From assembly GCF_009914755.1 (NCBI RefSeq), contig NC_060926.1: 64,000 bases of DNA. One strand, given 5' to 3'. Below, piece by piece: positions 1 to 27,480 of this stretch; within the stretch, counting starts at the first letter, position 1, and each line of letters starts with the position of its first letter. A program made the translations under genes and the position numbers. A model generated the notes under the pieces. That model was not told the origin of the DNA. It saw only the letters and a list, made by a program, of their open reading frames with translations, and made no database searches. The DNA comes from the human T2T-CHM13v2.0 reference genome, Homo sapiens.

Positions 1-224
1 CTGGTTTCCTCTTCCACCCCATAACCCCAGGGGGCTACTTTAATTCTGTGTGTAGTCTAAAACAAATTATGTGCTTTTCTTTTTGTCCTTTCTCACACAA
101 AAAGTAGAATGTTCCTCATTTGAGTACACTGTTCCTCATTTTGTTTTCACTTAATCTATCTTGACGTTCTTTCCACAGCAATAGATTCCTCATTCTTTTT
201 TCACGGCTGTATAGTATTTCATCT

Positions 225-812
<588 letters not shown>

Positions 813-1015
813 CATTCCCAGTCTCGTACACGGTTTATTCAACTGAGTCCTTCCTCCATCACTACCTGAGTTGTTGCTACTTTTCTTTTTTGCTCTTTCT
901 GTCAATGTTGCAGTGAACATCTTTGTACATCTGTCATTTTATAACTGTGTTTTTATACATATCTGTAGGACAAAATGCTCTGAAGTGGGAGTACTAAAGA
1001 ATAAGAATGCGTGAG

Positions 1016-1305
1016 ACCAGGTGCGATGGCATGACACTTTGGGAGGCCGAGGCATGAGGATTCTTGAGCTCAGGAGTTCAAGACCAGCCTGGGCAACACA
1101 GCTAGACCTCTTCTCTATAAAAAATTTTAAAACTTAGCTGGATATGGTGGCAAACGCCTGTGGTCCCAGCTACTCAGGAGGCTGAGGAAGGAGGATCACT
1201 TGAGCCCAGGAGGTCAAGGCTACAGTGAGCCGTGGCCACGCTATTGCACTCCAGCCTAGGTGACAGAATGAGGCCCTGTCTCATTTAAGAGAAAATAAAA
1301 ATTAA
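1016..1305 (+). mobile_element. AluJ
   Basis: Dimeric Alu with an A-rich tail. Confidence 0.85.
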
Positions 1306-1581
1306 AAGGAGAATAAGAGTGTGTGTACTGTGGGTAGGTATTTGTGTAGGCATTGTCAACTCTCACTGTGACTCTCCTAAAAGCAATGAATGAGACTGTT
1401 TCTCAACAGACTCACCAAAATCAAACTATTGGATTTTTGCCATAAATTCACTTGTGTTCAGTGCCCTCTCCCCCAGGAAGCCTGCCCTGACCTCCAGAGT
1501 GTAAGCAAGCCCCTTCCCCTGTCCCCAGCACTCAAGGCTTCTCCTACACAGCGCCGTGTGCATTTGAGATGACTTACATAG

Positions 1582-1871
<290 letters not shown>

Positions 1872-3605
1872 AGTCCTTACTATTATTACTTCTTTACCAT
1901 TTGTCTACCACCAGGCTATTAGCTCCATGAGGGCAGGGACTGTGCCCCAGTTCTCAGTGCAGCATGGGCATGTCATAGATGCTGAGCACACCTTTGTCAT
2001 CTGGGACAGCCCCCTGTGTGCCCAGCACCCTAGCAGCTGCTTTGGCTGGGTGGCCTGAGCTGAGCCCCTCAACAACCTTCTGAGGGAGGCCCTGGTATTA
2101 GCTCCATTGAGCAGATGGGGAGATGGAGGCTCAGAGACAGGAGGTAGTTTGCTCAAGGACTCACAGCTGGCCAGCTGGGAAGTCCTTACCCCTCACCCCC
2201 ACCCCTCTTGCCAACATCCTGGCTTGATTTCTTCCCTGCTCTGGTCCGTGGGGTCCCCAGTCCCCAGGAGGCGTGGTCCGGCCCAGGTCACAGTAGCAAG
2301 CCCAGGATCGGCCCCTCCACACCACCTGCAGTGATGCAGAGCCAAGCTGGGGGCCAGCCTGAGTCCCCAGGGGCCTTGTCAGCCTGCGCGGTCAGGTCCC
2401 CTGTGCAGTGGCAGTGGCAGGGACCACAGTGACCCTGGTAGCCATACAGTTGCTACAGCCCTTTCCCGGAGGCCCCGTGGCTGTGCTGGCTTTGTGCCCA
2501 ACTGTCACTCTGTCCCCAGTGGCTCCTCATGCTGGCTGCCTGCCTCCCTGCCTCCCATTAATCATGTGTGTGGGATTTATTTTCTCCAGCAATTTATTTC
2601 AGCAAATGCAATCTGGGTGTGCCCGCAGGTGGGCAGGATGCTCCGTTGCTGCCAGAGTCACAGAGCCCAGCTTTATTGTCAGGCTGACAGGCATGATTCC
2701 CCAGCGAGCACCCCCACCGCAGATGCCAGGTCTAGCCAAGCCCTGGGGCAGGATGCTAAGGACCCCTGGGACTGTTGCCACCCCCACATCACTGTGAACC
2801 TCAAAGTCCCATAGGCCTGGGAGCCCAGCTTGCCCCACTCTCTTTATTGGTTTTGCTGCCCCTACCAATGCTAGCTGGCTAAAGGGGTGTAGGGGAAGAT
2901 TAGCCCTCCTGTCCTTGGCCTAAAACGGGCAGCCAGAGGTCTCTTCCGAAGATCCAGGTGGTGGCTCTTTTCAGTTTCCTGACCTGGGGAAGGAGGAGGT
3001 CCTTCCTCTGGAGCCCCCTCCTCCCCAGAACTGCTGGGCAGCCCAGACCTGATTCCCATGACAGTCACGGAGGGAAACAATCAGCTAAGGCAAACCCTGC
3101 CACCCCCTCACCACCCCCGCAACACGCATCCTCCTTTCGGGGGCTCCCTTTCATTCCTTAATCACCCCATGCCCCTCTCTCTAGGCCACCAAGTGTGGCC
3201 TCCCTGGGGCTAGGGAAAAGGACGTGGCTTTCAGGCCAGGACAGGAGCAAGTGGCTGCTCAGCTATGATTTCAGGTCCTGAGACACCGCTGCTCCCAGTT
3301 ATCTGCCCACTTACAGGCCTTGGAAGTCGAAAGGGAAAGAGCTGTGGGCAGGGGTGGGCAGGGACCCTCCACTTGGTCTGGCCCTCACCAAGCCCTTTGC
3401 AGCCTGCACCCACTCCCCCCAGCCCTGCAGTGTTTCCAGGGGCCCAGACCCTAGCCTGCGGGCACCTGCTTCCTCTCTTAGTATCCCCCAGGTTCATCCT
3501 GAGGCCCCGCCCCCAGCTTGCCCTGCCTGGCCAGGCTGCCTCTAATGCTGCAGATAATTTCTGCTGTCGCAAAGCCATTACCCTGCAAATGGGCTGACTC
3601 CAGCA

Positions 3606-3666
3606 TGTGTGCGTGTGTATGTGTGTGTGTGTGTGTTCCCGTGTGTGTGCATGCGCACGTGTGTGC
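3606..3666. repeat. Imperfect (TG)n microsatellite
   Basis: Alternating TG/CG/CA tract. Confidence 0.8.
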
Positions 3667-4997
3667 AGGGGAGGGTTGGCTGCGGCAGGCAAAGCGCCTT
3701 GTTTATGCCTCGCTCATCACTGTAATTGCCTTGGGGGATTTATTGGCTTTGTAAGCTCTCCCTGCACCCTACATGGCCTCCACCTGGCCCTGAGTGATGA
3801 GGCTGGGAGCTCTGGGCAGGGGGCTGGACATGCCCAGCAGGAGGGTAAGTGAGGCCTTGCGGAGGGCCCCCTGACCTATGCACCCACCCCTTCCTGCTCC
3901 ATGCCTGGTAGCTGGACATAGAAGGAGATAGTAGCTGGGGCACCCCCACGAGGCCTCTCCAACCTCAGAGGCTCTGAGGAGGTTGCCAGTCTGGGGGTGC
4001 AAGATGGATGCAGAAGGGACACTGGAGGAACTTTGGTGGCACCCGTGTCTCTGGTTTCTCCTCTTCCTCTCCCCTTTAGGTCCCTCCCATCATCTGCTGG
4101 CCCCAACCCCACGCCTATATGTCTTCTCAGCTGTTCTGCCTCACCCACTCCTGCCTCACACAGCTGAGTCCCCTGCAAGGGAAGACAAAGCCTCGGCCCC
4201 AACCGTTTCATCCATTTCAAGAAGCTTCAACCTTTGTGTGGCTACCTTAGCAAACCCCTGCAGGGTTAGCAGTCAGAAGACACCTGTGGACTCCCAAGGC
4301 AGGGCTGGGCAGAGGTTGAGGGTGTGGCCTCTGGCAGCAGGCAGAACAGCCTTCCATCTCTTCTCCAGTTCCTAGCAGTGTGGTCTCAGCTAGGTCAATC
4401 AACTTCTCCGAGCCTCAGTGGCCTCATCTGTAAAATGGGTCTGATGACACCTGCCTTAAGCAGTTATTATGAAGGTTTGATACATTGTAATACATCGAAC
4501 TACATGAAATTCCCTTTACTCAACCAGCTTTTGACATTAATGAGTATTTACTCGGTGAAATATTATATCAATAAACTGTCTTATTGAAAAGATTTCTACT
4601 TGGTGCCTGTCCTTTTCTTTTTTACTCTTGATGTTTCGTATTTGTATAAATGCTACCTGCTGATTTTAAAGAATTCAAGTAACACAGGAAAGCACACAGA
4701 AGAAAGTGAAAAGCAAAACACAATAAAATAAACCTCAATTTCAGAAATTAAGCCATCATTAATAAATAACCACCATTTCCAGAAATTTCTTTTTACATTG
4801 ATGCAGATAAGTTTAGAGAGATAGATTGCTAGAAATTTGCTGTAAGGAGGGATCCTATTGAAAATTTTAATATGACTTATTAAATCTAATTTGAGTTTAT
4901 GTTGGCAGCAGTAAATGAAGCAACCATGAAGAGAACCACATGACTCCAAGAACCATCTCTACATCAGAGAGATGGTGTTTTCTAAAAAGATCATCTA

Positions 4998-5300
<303 letters not shown>

Positions 5301-5816
5301 TCATCTAAGTTAACAAAAAGATTTGAAAGCAATAGCAATGGGAAATACTGATCAGGGAGAGTCTACTATGTAGGAGGAGGGGAAAATGGGAATAGTAGCA
5401 TAGAAATTGAAGGTGTTAAATTAGCAAATTTCAAAGAAACACAGCCGTCAGCCAGACTGAAAAAAAGGAAAGGAAACTTATGGAGATCACAAGAAAAAAG
5501 ACAAAAGACAAAAAAGAAGAACAGGAGAGGAAACAAGCAAAATTGTGAAATGGTTTGCATTCTTTTATCACAGGATTGAACAGTGGTCTTCAGTGGCATC
5601 AGTGGTGGTCTGGATGTATCCGTGCCCAAAATATTGAGTGAGGGGAGGGCGGGGAGGCCAGGGGTCTCACCTACTAAGGAAAGCCCTGGATACAGTTCCA
5701 GGATCACTCCATTCTCAGAGAACCACAGAGCCTGCAGGCGCCCCAGCTTCAGCAGTGCTCCCTTCTGGGCTAGACAGCACCCCTGCCTCTTCAGAGCCCT
5801 CTTAAAGTCAAATACA

Positions 5817-5953
5817 GGCCAGGCATGGTGGCTCATGCCTGTAATTCCAACACTTTGGGAGGCTGAAGCAGGAGGATTACTTGAACCTAGAAGTTCAAGA
5901 CCAGCGTGGGCAATATAGCAACAAGTTGTCTCAAAAAAAAAAAAAAAAAAAAA
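5817..5953 (+). mobile_element. Alu monomer (FLAM-like)
   Basis: Left arm followed by poly(A). Confidence 0.8.
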
Positions 5954-6396
5954 GCCAAGTTCAGCCCATGGGGAATAGGGAAGGTCAGAACAGAAAGCAA
6001 AGCTGAAAAGCTGAAAGGGACAGGCAATCCATGAGGAAGGCCCCATGGGGAGAAGCGAGCTCCTACTCAGACAAACTAGGGCCCAGGCCACACACAACCT
6101 GGGGAGCCGCCGCCCCTTCTGCAGTTTCGCATCCCATCCTGTCTCATTCTCTGCTCTCCCACAGCTCCCTTGCTGTCTCCCAAGCTCAGGCCCTCCCTGC
6201 CCTCTCTATATTCATGCAGGGAAACAGCACTTATCGATTCCGTCACATTTACAAAGAGCTGATCTAGAGCAACGACCACAGTCCCTGGCAGCCCTTTGCA
6301 GGAGGCCTAACTGTGTCAGCTCCTTGAATCCCCACCAACAAGATGGGGGTTACTAGCCTATTTCCCAGATGAGGACATGAGGTTGAGAGAGGAGAA

Positions 6397-6838
6397 GTAT
6401 ATTTGTTTCCGAGGGCTGCTGTTACAAGTTACCACAAACTGGGTGGCTTCAGACGACAGAAATTTATTCTTTCACAGTTCTGGAGGCGAGAAGTCTGAAA
6501 ACACGGTGTCAGTGGAGCCCTGCTCTCTTGAAGCCTCTCCAGGAGAACCTGTTCCATGCCCTTCTCATAGCTCCGGTTATTGCTAGCTGTCCTTGGCATT
6601 CCCCAGCTTGAATTGCATCCCTCCAGCCTCCGCCTCTCTTGTCACATGACATTCACTTGTGTGTCTCTGTCTCTGTGTCTTCTTGTAAGGACACCAGCCT
6701 ATTGGATGAAGGGCCCGGTGTGACCTCATTATTAACTAACTACAACTGCAGCAACCTTATTTCTGAATAAGGTCATAGTCTGAAGTACTGGTTGAACTTC
6801 CACATGTCTTTTTAGGGACACGATTCCGCCCATAACAG
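6397..6838 (-). mobile_element. MaLR (MLT1C/D-like) solo LTR
   Basis: gggctgctgttacaagttaccacaaactgggtggctt...cagaaatttattctttcacagttctggagg...cccataaca is the reverse-strand MLT1 signature. Confidence 0.7.
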
Positions 6839-7059
6839 GAAGAGATTCACCCAAAGTCACATGGAGGTGCAATTGAATCTCCATGCCAAGCTCTGAATCA
6901 TGGTCTCAGGCCAAGAAGACCTTACCTCAACCTCCCCTCACAACTTCATGGGGCAGCCGCACTGTAGTCAGCAAAGCTGGCCTAGCTGCAGGTCCCACCC
7001 TCCCATCTAGGGACACGGCCCCAAAGGCAGCCTGCTCAGCTGCTGCTCCCACTCTGCCT

Positions 7060-7292
7060 CTTTTTCTTTTCTTTTTTTCTTGAGACAGTGTCTTGCTCTG
7101 TCTCCCATGTTGCAGTGCAGTGGCGCATTCTTGGCTCACTGCAACCTCTACCTCCCAGGCTCAAGTGATCCTCCCACCTCAGCCTCCCTGAGTAGCTGGG
7201 ACCACAGGTGCACGTGAACTTGCCCAGCTAATGTTTGTATTTTTTCTTTTTTTTTTTTTTTTGTAGAGACGGGGTTTCACCATGCGGCCCAG
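7060..7292 (-). mobile_element. AluJ, 5'-truncated
   Basis: Antisense right arm, linker and partial left arm. Confidence 0.8.
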
Positions 7293-8253
7293 GTTCCTAC
7301 TGTGCTTTTGTCCACTTCATTGGAGAGGCCTAGGAGGTCAGGGGAGTTTGGGAAGGAGGGAAGGACAAGCACCTCCATGACATGGGGGGTCTTCAGGAGC
7401 TTGGAAGAGGAAGGCCCTTTCCCAAAGGACAACTGCAGAGATGCTGCATCATAGGTGGGTGCCCTTCCAGGTGCCGGCTGTCTCCTTTCCATTTCCAGAG
7501 GCCCAGCCCTTCCCACATTCATTCCTCGTCTGAGAAGGCTGCAGGACTGACTCATATCACCTAAGCCCACTGGAACCTCCTGACAGGAGCCTGCTGGGGT
7601 TTTCCAGAGATAACAGTGACAAGGTCCAAAGTTCTTTCCCTGTCTCTTCTTGAAATGGGAAGGTTGAGACCAAGGCTTGCCTCTGCCTGTGGAAGGATGG
7701 AGATGGAGCATCTGTGACCTCGGAGGACACCCAGGTGTGGAGAGAGGGCCTGCAAGTGACAGACCAAGACCTCTCTCCTCCCAGGGAAGAGATATGGAAG
7801 CCTGGAGTGGAGGCAGTGAGGGAGGAAGAGGAGAACTAGGGGCTTTCCTGGTCATCTTTGCATCCTTCCTGCAGCCTGGACTGTCACCAGGCCCCACCCA
7901 AAAGGAGAAGAAAGAGGGAGAGCCTGGGACAGCAGGGGTGGGGGTGAGCTCTGCACCTGTCTGAGCCACATTCTCTCCCTGTATCTGGAAATAGCTGCCT
8001 TAAATTCCCCTCAGAAAGCATTGCTTCTCTTTGCCTGACACAAACTCGAGAGAAGAGGAACTGCTGGGCCTGCCAGAGGCGGGCAACTGGGACTGAATAG
8101 GCTAGGTGTGGCTGTGAGAGCAAGGGCAGCAGAGCATGGACAGGGAGCTGGCAGGGGAGGGGAGACCCCAGCACTGCTTTGGGCAGGTTGAGATTGAAGT
8201 GCCAGGAGGCAAGAGATGCAGCCCTGGAGCAGGGGAGGGGCCAGTGCTGATCT

Positions 8254-8555
8254 TTTTTTTTTTTTTTTTTTTTTTGAGATGGAGTCTTGCCCTGTCGCCC
8301 AGGCTGGAGTGCAGTAGTGCGATCTCGGCTCACTGCAACCTCCACCTCCTGGGTTCAAGCAATCTCATGCCTCAGCCTCCCAAGTAGCTGGGGTTATAGG
8401 CGCCCACCACCACGCCAGCTAATTTTTGTATTTTTAGTAGAGATGGGGTTTCACCATGTTGGCCAGGCTGGTCTCAAACTCCTGATGTCAAATGATCTGC
8501 CTGCCTCGGCCTCCCAGAGTGCTGGGATTACAGGCATGGCCACCGCATCTGGCCG
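8254..8555 (-). mobile_element. AluS
   Basis: Poly(T) plus a full antisense Alu; TSD gctgatc. Confidence 0.9.
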
Positions 8556-9039
8556 TCAGGGCTGATCGTTCATTCATTTAGCGCATGTGTGAGTCGGACT
8601 CTGGTCTAGATGCTGGGACAGCACGGAGCCGGACAGACAAACCCTGCACCCTGTCATCCAGCTGGGCACCGAAATGCGAGCCTCTCCCTCTTACCAGCTT
8701 CCTTGATTCCTGATCAAGGAATTCAAATTCCATGATTCCTCCTGGGACCTCATCTGTCCTTTCCAGCTTGGCTGGGGAAGTGAGGGAAGCTGCTGTGCTG
8801 TGCCAAGGCCCCCCTCCCCTGTCCTGTTTTCCTATTCACTCGGGGAAGGGTCCATAGAGGATGGCATGGATTTCGGCAGGTCCCTGGCATTGAGCTGCTC
8901 GCTGGGAGGAGGTCTGGGGCCAACTGCTGGTACCCTTTTAACTAGACTATAGGAGACTGAGCCCCTTATAACAGCCAAGAATCCCCATCAACATCCTGCA
9001 ACATAGGAATAAATACTCTAAAGAAAATACAAAGTCCGA

Positions 9040-9360
9040 GGCCAGGTGCAGTGGCTCATGCCTGTAATCCCAGCACTTTGGGAGGCTGAGGTGGGCAGAT
9101 CACTTGAGCCCTGGAGTTCCAGACCAGCCCGGGCAACATAGGGAGACCCTGTCTCTACAAAAAATTTAAAAATTAGCCGGCATGGTGGTGTATGCCTGTG
9201 GTCCCAGCCACTCAGGAGGCTGAGGCAGGAGGATCACTTGAGCCCAGGAAGTCGAAGCTGCAGTGAGCCGTAACTTGTGCCACTGCACTCCAGCCTGGGT
9301 GACAGAGTGAGACCCTGCCTCAAATATAAAGAAAGAAAGAAAGAAAAATAAAGAAAATAG
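9040..9360 (+). mobile_element. AluJ
   Basis: Full Alu with a (GAAA)n tail. Confidence 0.85.
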
Positions 9361-11176
9361 AAGACGGTTGTGTTACAGAGAATGAGACTGCAGGGATAGA
9401 GGCCTGGAAGTCTCTCCATCACATTCCAATGGAGGAAGCAGACAGGGAGTGAGTGCACGCTTAAACAATAATAAACAAAGTAATGTTATGAGGTGGGATT
9501 TTAATGTGGCTTCTAAGAGGTAACCTGTGCGAGCGGATGAAATTGAGCCAGACTTGGTTGGGTGGGTCCATACAGAAGAGAGGAGAGGGCTCGGGACCCA
9601 GCTGTGGGCACAGGAATCAGAGAACAGGAGAATGGGGTTAAGCAGAATTGCAGTCCACGCAGAAAGTTCCCTCCATTTTCTTTGGCAGTGGCTGGATTCT
9701 CACCCTGCCTCCCACCTGAAGACCAGAGGCAGGAGGGAGGCCCAGGGGCTCTGTGTGGGCTTGCTGTGGCCTGGCCTGCGTGACTCGGCAAGAATGGGCA
9801 GGACATACCTTCCTGGAGGCATGCCCTAGGGGAAGCGTCCATAGAGCTGCCTGGGTGGCTGGCTCCATCCCTATCCCCTCAGCTTGGATGCAGTAACCTG
9901 CAGGGCAGAAGCTCTGTTGAAGCTCTGTCGAATCCTCACAGAGGCCTGTGAGGATTTCCCACCCACCTTCTCTGCTCCTGGGTCCCCTGCTTTGGTGGCT
10001 CTTACTGGGAACCGCAGGCGATCTTCCTTTGGACACTGTCTCTGTTTATGCTAAAATTCAAGCTGTGTTGAGCTAATGCCTTATCTACCAAGATTGTGGA
10101 GGTCATGGATAAAAAGATACCCTGCAAGATGGACAGATACTCTGGTGAATAGAGTCCTTTCCAACTTCACCAAATTCACTCACCAGAATCATCCGCAGAC
10201 AGTATTTTCAGAGCATTCCTGAAGTAGAGGTATTGTCATGGCGAGGTGCGGTGGTAACTGGGGAAAGGGCTCCTTAGCATGGTGTGCTGGTCACTGTGGA
10301 ACAGCTGGCTCTCCAGGGGGAAAGAGCCCCGGGTCATAGCATTTGCTGATAAATATTCCCACCAGTTCACCTCACATGAATTGGGGAGCCTGGGCAGCGC
10401 AGACGGGCACTATCCTACCCCAGGTGGTAACTCAGTCCCAGGAGAGCTGTGTGGCCCTGCCCATGAGACTCCAGAGGACTCCAGAAGAATCCCACTGCCA
10501 GATCAGGGTCACAGAACAATGCCGGACAGGCAGAGCGGGCACTGTGCAGGGCCAGGGGGTCTGGGAGAGCGTCAGAAGCTGCTAGGGCCTGTCCTCCCGG
10601 AACTGGGCCACTGTGGGCCTTTCATCTCCCGCCTCCCTTTCCGCGCCACTCCTGCGGCTGCCTGCCTCTGCCCCTTCCCACCCCACCACCCCCAGTGCGG
10701 CAATTACGGCGCTAATTAGGCTGCTTTGATCATCTTTAGAAATGGCCACATTGGGGAGGGACTCTGCCAAGCAATTAGGGGCAGAGGGGTGGGGAGCTCC
10801 AGGGCTTCCTCAGGGGGTGGGGCTGCTGAGAAACCCCAGACACCCCCTGCCCTCCTCCCTCCAGGAGTGTCTGCCCCGTCATAGCTGTAAGCTCCTCAGG
10901 GGGTAGAGGCAGATGGGGATCCCCCCCCATCCCAGCCCTGGAGCCAGGGCCCGCCCCCACCCAGCAGCCCCCCTCTGCCTGGCCTGCAGCCCAACCGTCA
11001 GCCCTTCTTCCCTGTCTTGGCCCCTTTGATGGAGCCGCAGAAACAAGGGCTCCTTTGACAGAAGGGGGGCTCGGAGCTGGGATGATGAGACTTCAGAGGT
11101 GAAGGTCAAGCCCACTACCCCACTCCTCCCCCAATCTTGGCCACCCTCCCGTGCACCCCTCCCCCAGGCTGTCCTC

Positions 11177-11182
11177 TATAAA
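11177..11182 (+). promoter_or_regulatory. Candidate TATA box of PRSS56
   Basis: TATAAA about 240 bp upstream of the ATG in otherwise GC-rich DNA. Confidence 0.5.
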
Positions 11183-11351
11183 GACCCTGCAGCCCCATTC
11201 CCCTGTGGGCTCCTAGGAGTTAAGGGCCAGGTGAGGGCTGACCAGGGAGGCGGGTAATTTTGATGTAAGAGAACGGGGTCAGATGATTTGAGGGACAAGA
11301 ATTCAGTGCCCGGGGGCCGAAAGGCAGCAGAAGGCGGGCACCAAAGGATAG

Positions 11352-16325
<4,974 letters not shown>

Positions 16326-16507
16326 GCCATGTCTGGGCCCCCAGCCCCTGGGGAGGACCTACTGCTCCCAGGGGCTGAGAGGGGTTCGGGAGCATAATGA
16401 CAAACTGTCGCTGCCCCAGTGGCTGGGTGTGTGTGGGTGGGATGGGGTGGGGGTCCTGGGCCCCCCGTGTCTTCCCAGGTTTACAATCAGAGAATCACAG
16501 CTGCTTT

Positions 16508-16513
16508 AATAAA
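16508..16513 (+). terminator. PRSS56 polyadenylation signal
   Basis: AATAAA about 180 nt after the stop codon, followed by a T-rich tract. Confidence 0.8.
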
Positions 16514-16699
16514 TGTTATTTATAATACACGGAAACAACTCTGGAGCTTTCTTGGGATGGGACCTGGTGGGTGGACATTCAGTCTCAGGGGTGGGGCCCA
16601 GGCAGGGCTGCCTCTGGAAGCAGTTGGCAAGGGTAACAGATGCTGGAAAGGGGCTGTAAGGCCCCTATCTGAGCCTATCTCCTGCCTCCTGAGAAGCAG

Positions 16700-17015
16700 C
16701 AGCAGCTGGCCTGCCTGTTGCCCCGCCCCCGTGCATGGCTGCCCAGCGCTGGCCCCAGTGCCCAGCGTCTCCGCCCAGCACCCCCCCGGCCCTCCCTCCC
16801 CACCCCCCGCCTCCGAGCTGCGGGGAGTCCCAGCCTGGGATCTTTGCCTCATGTCCTTGGGCTCCTGCCCTGGCTGGCCCGTCCCCCACCGCCATGAGGT
16901 GTCAGATTGTGTTTCCGGCTGCCTCTTCCCGTTGACCCCCTCCTCCCCCAACACCTGTCCCCTCTCCCGCCCACCCTCATTCCACAGCCCTGTAGACAGG
17001 AGGGGCAGATGCACG
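16700..17015 (+). promoter_or_regulatory. CHRND muscle/synapse promoter with N-box and E-boxes
   Basis: N-box TTCCGG (GABP/ETS) at 16913-16918. E-boxes CAGCTG 16703-16708, CACCTG 16952-16957 and CAGATG 17006-17011. This is the established architecture of AChR delta promoters. Confidence 0.7.
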
Positions 17016-17034
17016 TCCCAGTCAGAGGGATGGG

Positions 17035-26094
<9,060 letters not shown>

Positions 26095-26971
26095 GGTGGG
26101 CCTGTTGGGGAGCCAGGAGACAGCAGGGTCTGAGAGAGGAGCCACAGTCCCTAATGACACCCACTCCTAGCCCTGAGGCTCGTGCCCCTCAGACTGGGGA
26201 AGAGTCCAAGGAAGGGAGGGAGCAGCCACTCCTCAATGCTCAATGGCTCCCCTGAAATCAAGACAGGGGCCACCCGAGATGGTCTGAGGGTGGACATCGG
26301 CTACAGTGGGTGGGCAGGACGATTTGGGGGGAGGCCCGAGGCTGGCTCAGGGGCCAGGGAGGAGGCCACTCAGGGTGGCCTCAGGGGGAGAGCTCTGATA
26401 GGGGTGAGACAGATAGGGCCCCTTCTCTGCTTCTCCTCCCCCAAGGTGTGGGGTAGAGCAGGCAGGAATCTGCGCCTTCACTCTCTGGCCCCTCCAGCCT
26501 CCCTCTTCCTACCTACCCTTCAACCTCAGGCTTCTGAGGCCTCACCTGGGACTGAGGTTGAGGACACCTCCCTCCCTCCAGACCCCAGAGTATCCTTTCC
26601 TAGCTCTTTCTGCCTTGACCTCTCTGCCTAGGTCCCTTTGGGAAGTTGAGGACTGGAGTGGAAAGGTCAGGATCGACATCCACAAAGACTTGGGGTCAGC
26701 CTGAGGTTGCACACACAATCCTAGAGGACCAGAACGCAGCACCTCTCCCCAAAGGGTCCCTGCCCCCCAGCACCTACTCCTCTCCAAATTAGGGTTGTCA
26801 TGCATTATTTGGGGCATACATATTCTAAAAAATCATTCGTTGTTTCTCTGAAATTTGTCCCCTATTTTTATTTGCTAAATCTAGCAACCCTATCCCAAAG
26901 GCAGCCTCCACTCAATCTTATCCTGAGGGCCAAAGGCCAAGGCTGCAGGAATTGGGAGACAAGGGTCTGTT

Positions 26972-27480
26972 TGTATGGTGGTCCACCTCCAAGATGGCCC
27001 CAGTGATGCCCAGTATTCACACCCTTGTGCAGTCCCCTCACTCTGTACCAGGGTGGGTCTGGGTAACCAATAGAATGAGGCAGAAGTGATGGTACCTCAC
27101 TTCCCAGATTTGGTTAGGAAAGACACTATGGCCTCTTTCTTGCTCATTAGCCCTCATTCTCACATCAGTTGGATCTCTCACTTTGGGGAAGCCAGCTGGC
27201 ATGTTAAGGAGCCCTATGGAGAGGCCCACATGGCAAGGAACTAAGGCCTCCTGCCAACAGCCACGTGAGTGAATGTGGAAGTGGATCCTCTGCCCCAGTA
27301 GGGCCTTCGGATGAGATCACAGCCCAGTAGACATCTTATGTGCAGCCCCATGAAAGTCCCTAAGCCAGAACCACCAGCTAAGTGACTCCTGGATTCCTGA
27401 CCCCCAGAAACTGTGTGAGATAATAAATGTGTGTTGTTTTAAGTGACAACGTTTTGGTGTCATTTGTTACACCAGCAATG
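26972..27480 (+). mobile_element. MaLR (MLT1F-like) solo LTR
   Basis: Characteristic MLT1 motifs aagatggccccca, ggagaggcccacatggcaaggaact and cagaaactgtg..agataataaatgtgtgttgttttaag...tttgttac. Confidence 0.75.

Noticed and set aside
5366-6097. 243-aa minus-strand ORF with an LRR-like patch ([15 protein letters not shown])
   Set aside because: It is partly Alu-derived, and the single patch has no repeat periodicity or splice context. Probably chance; a tBLASTn search would settle it.
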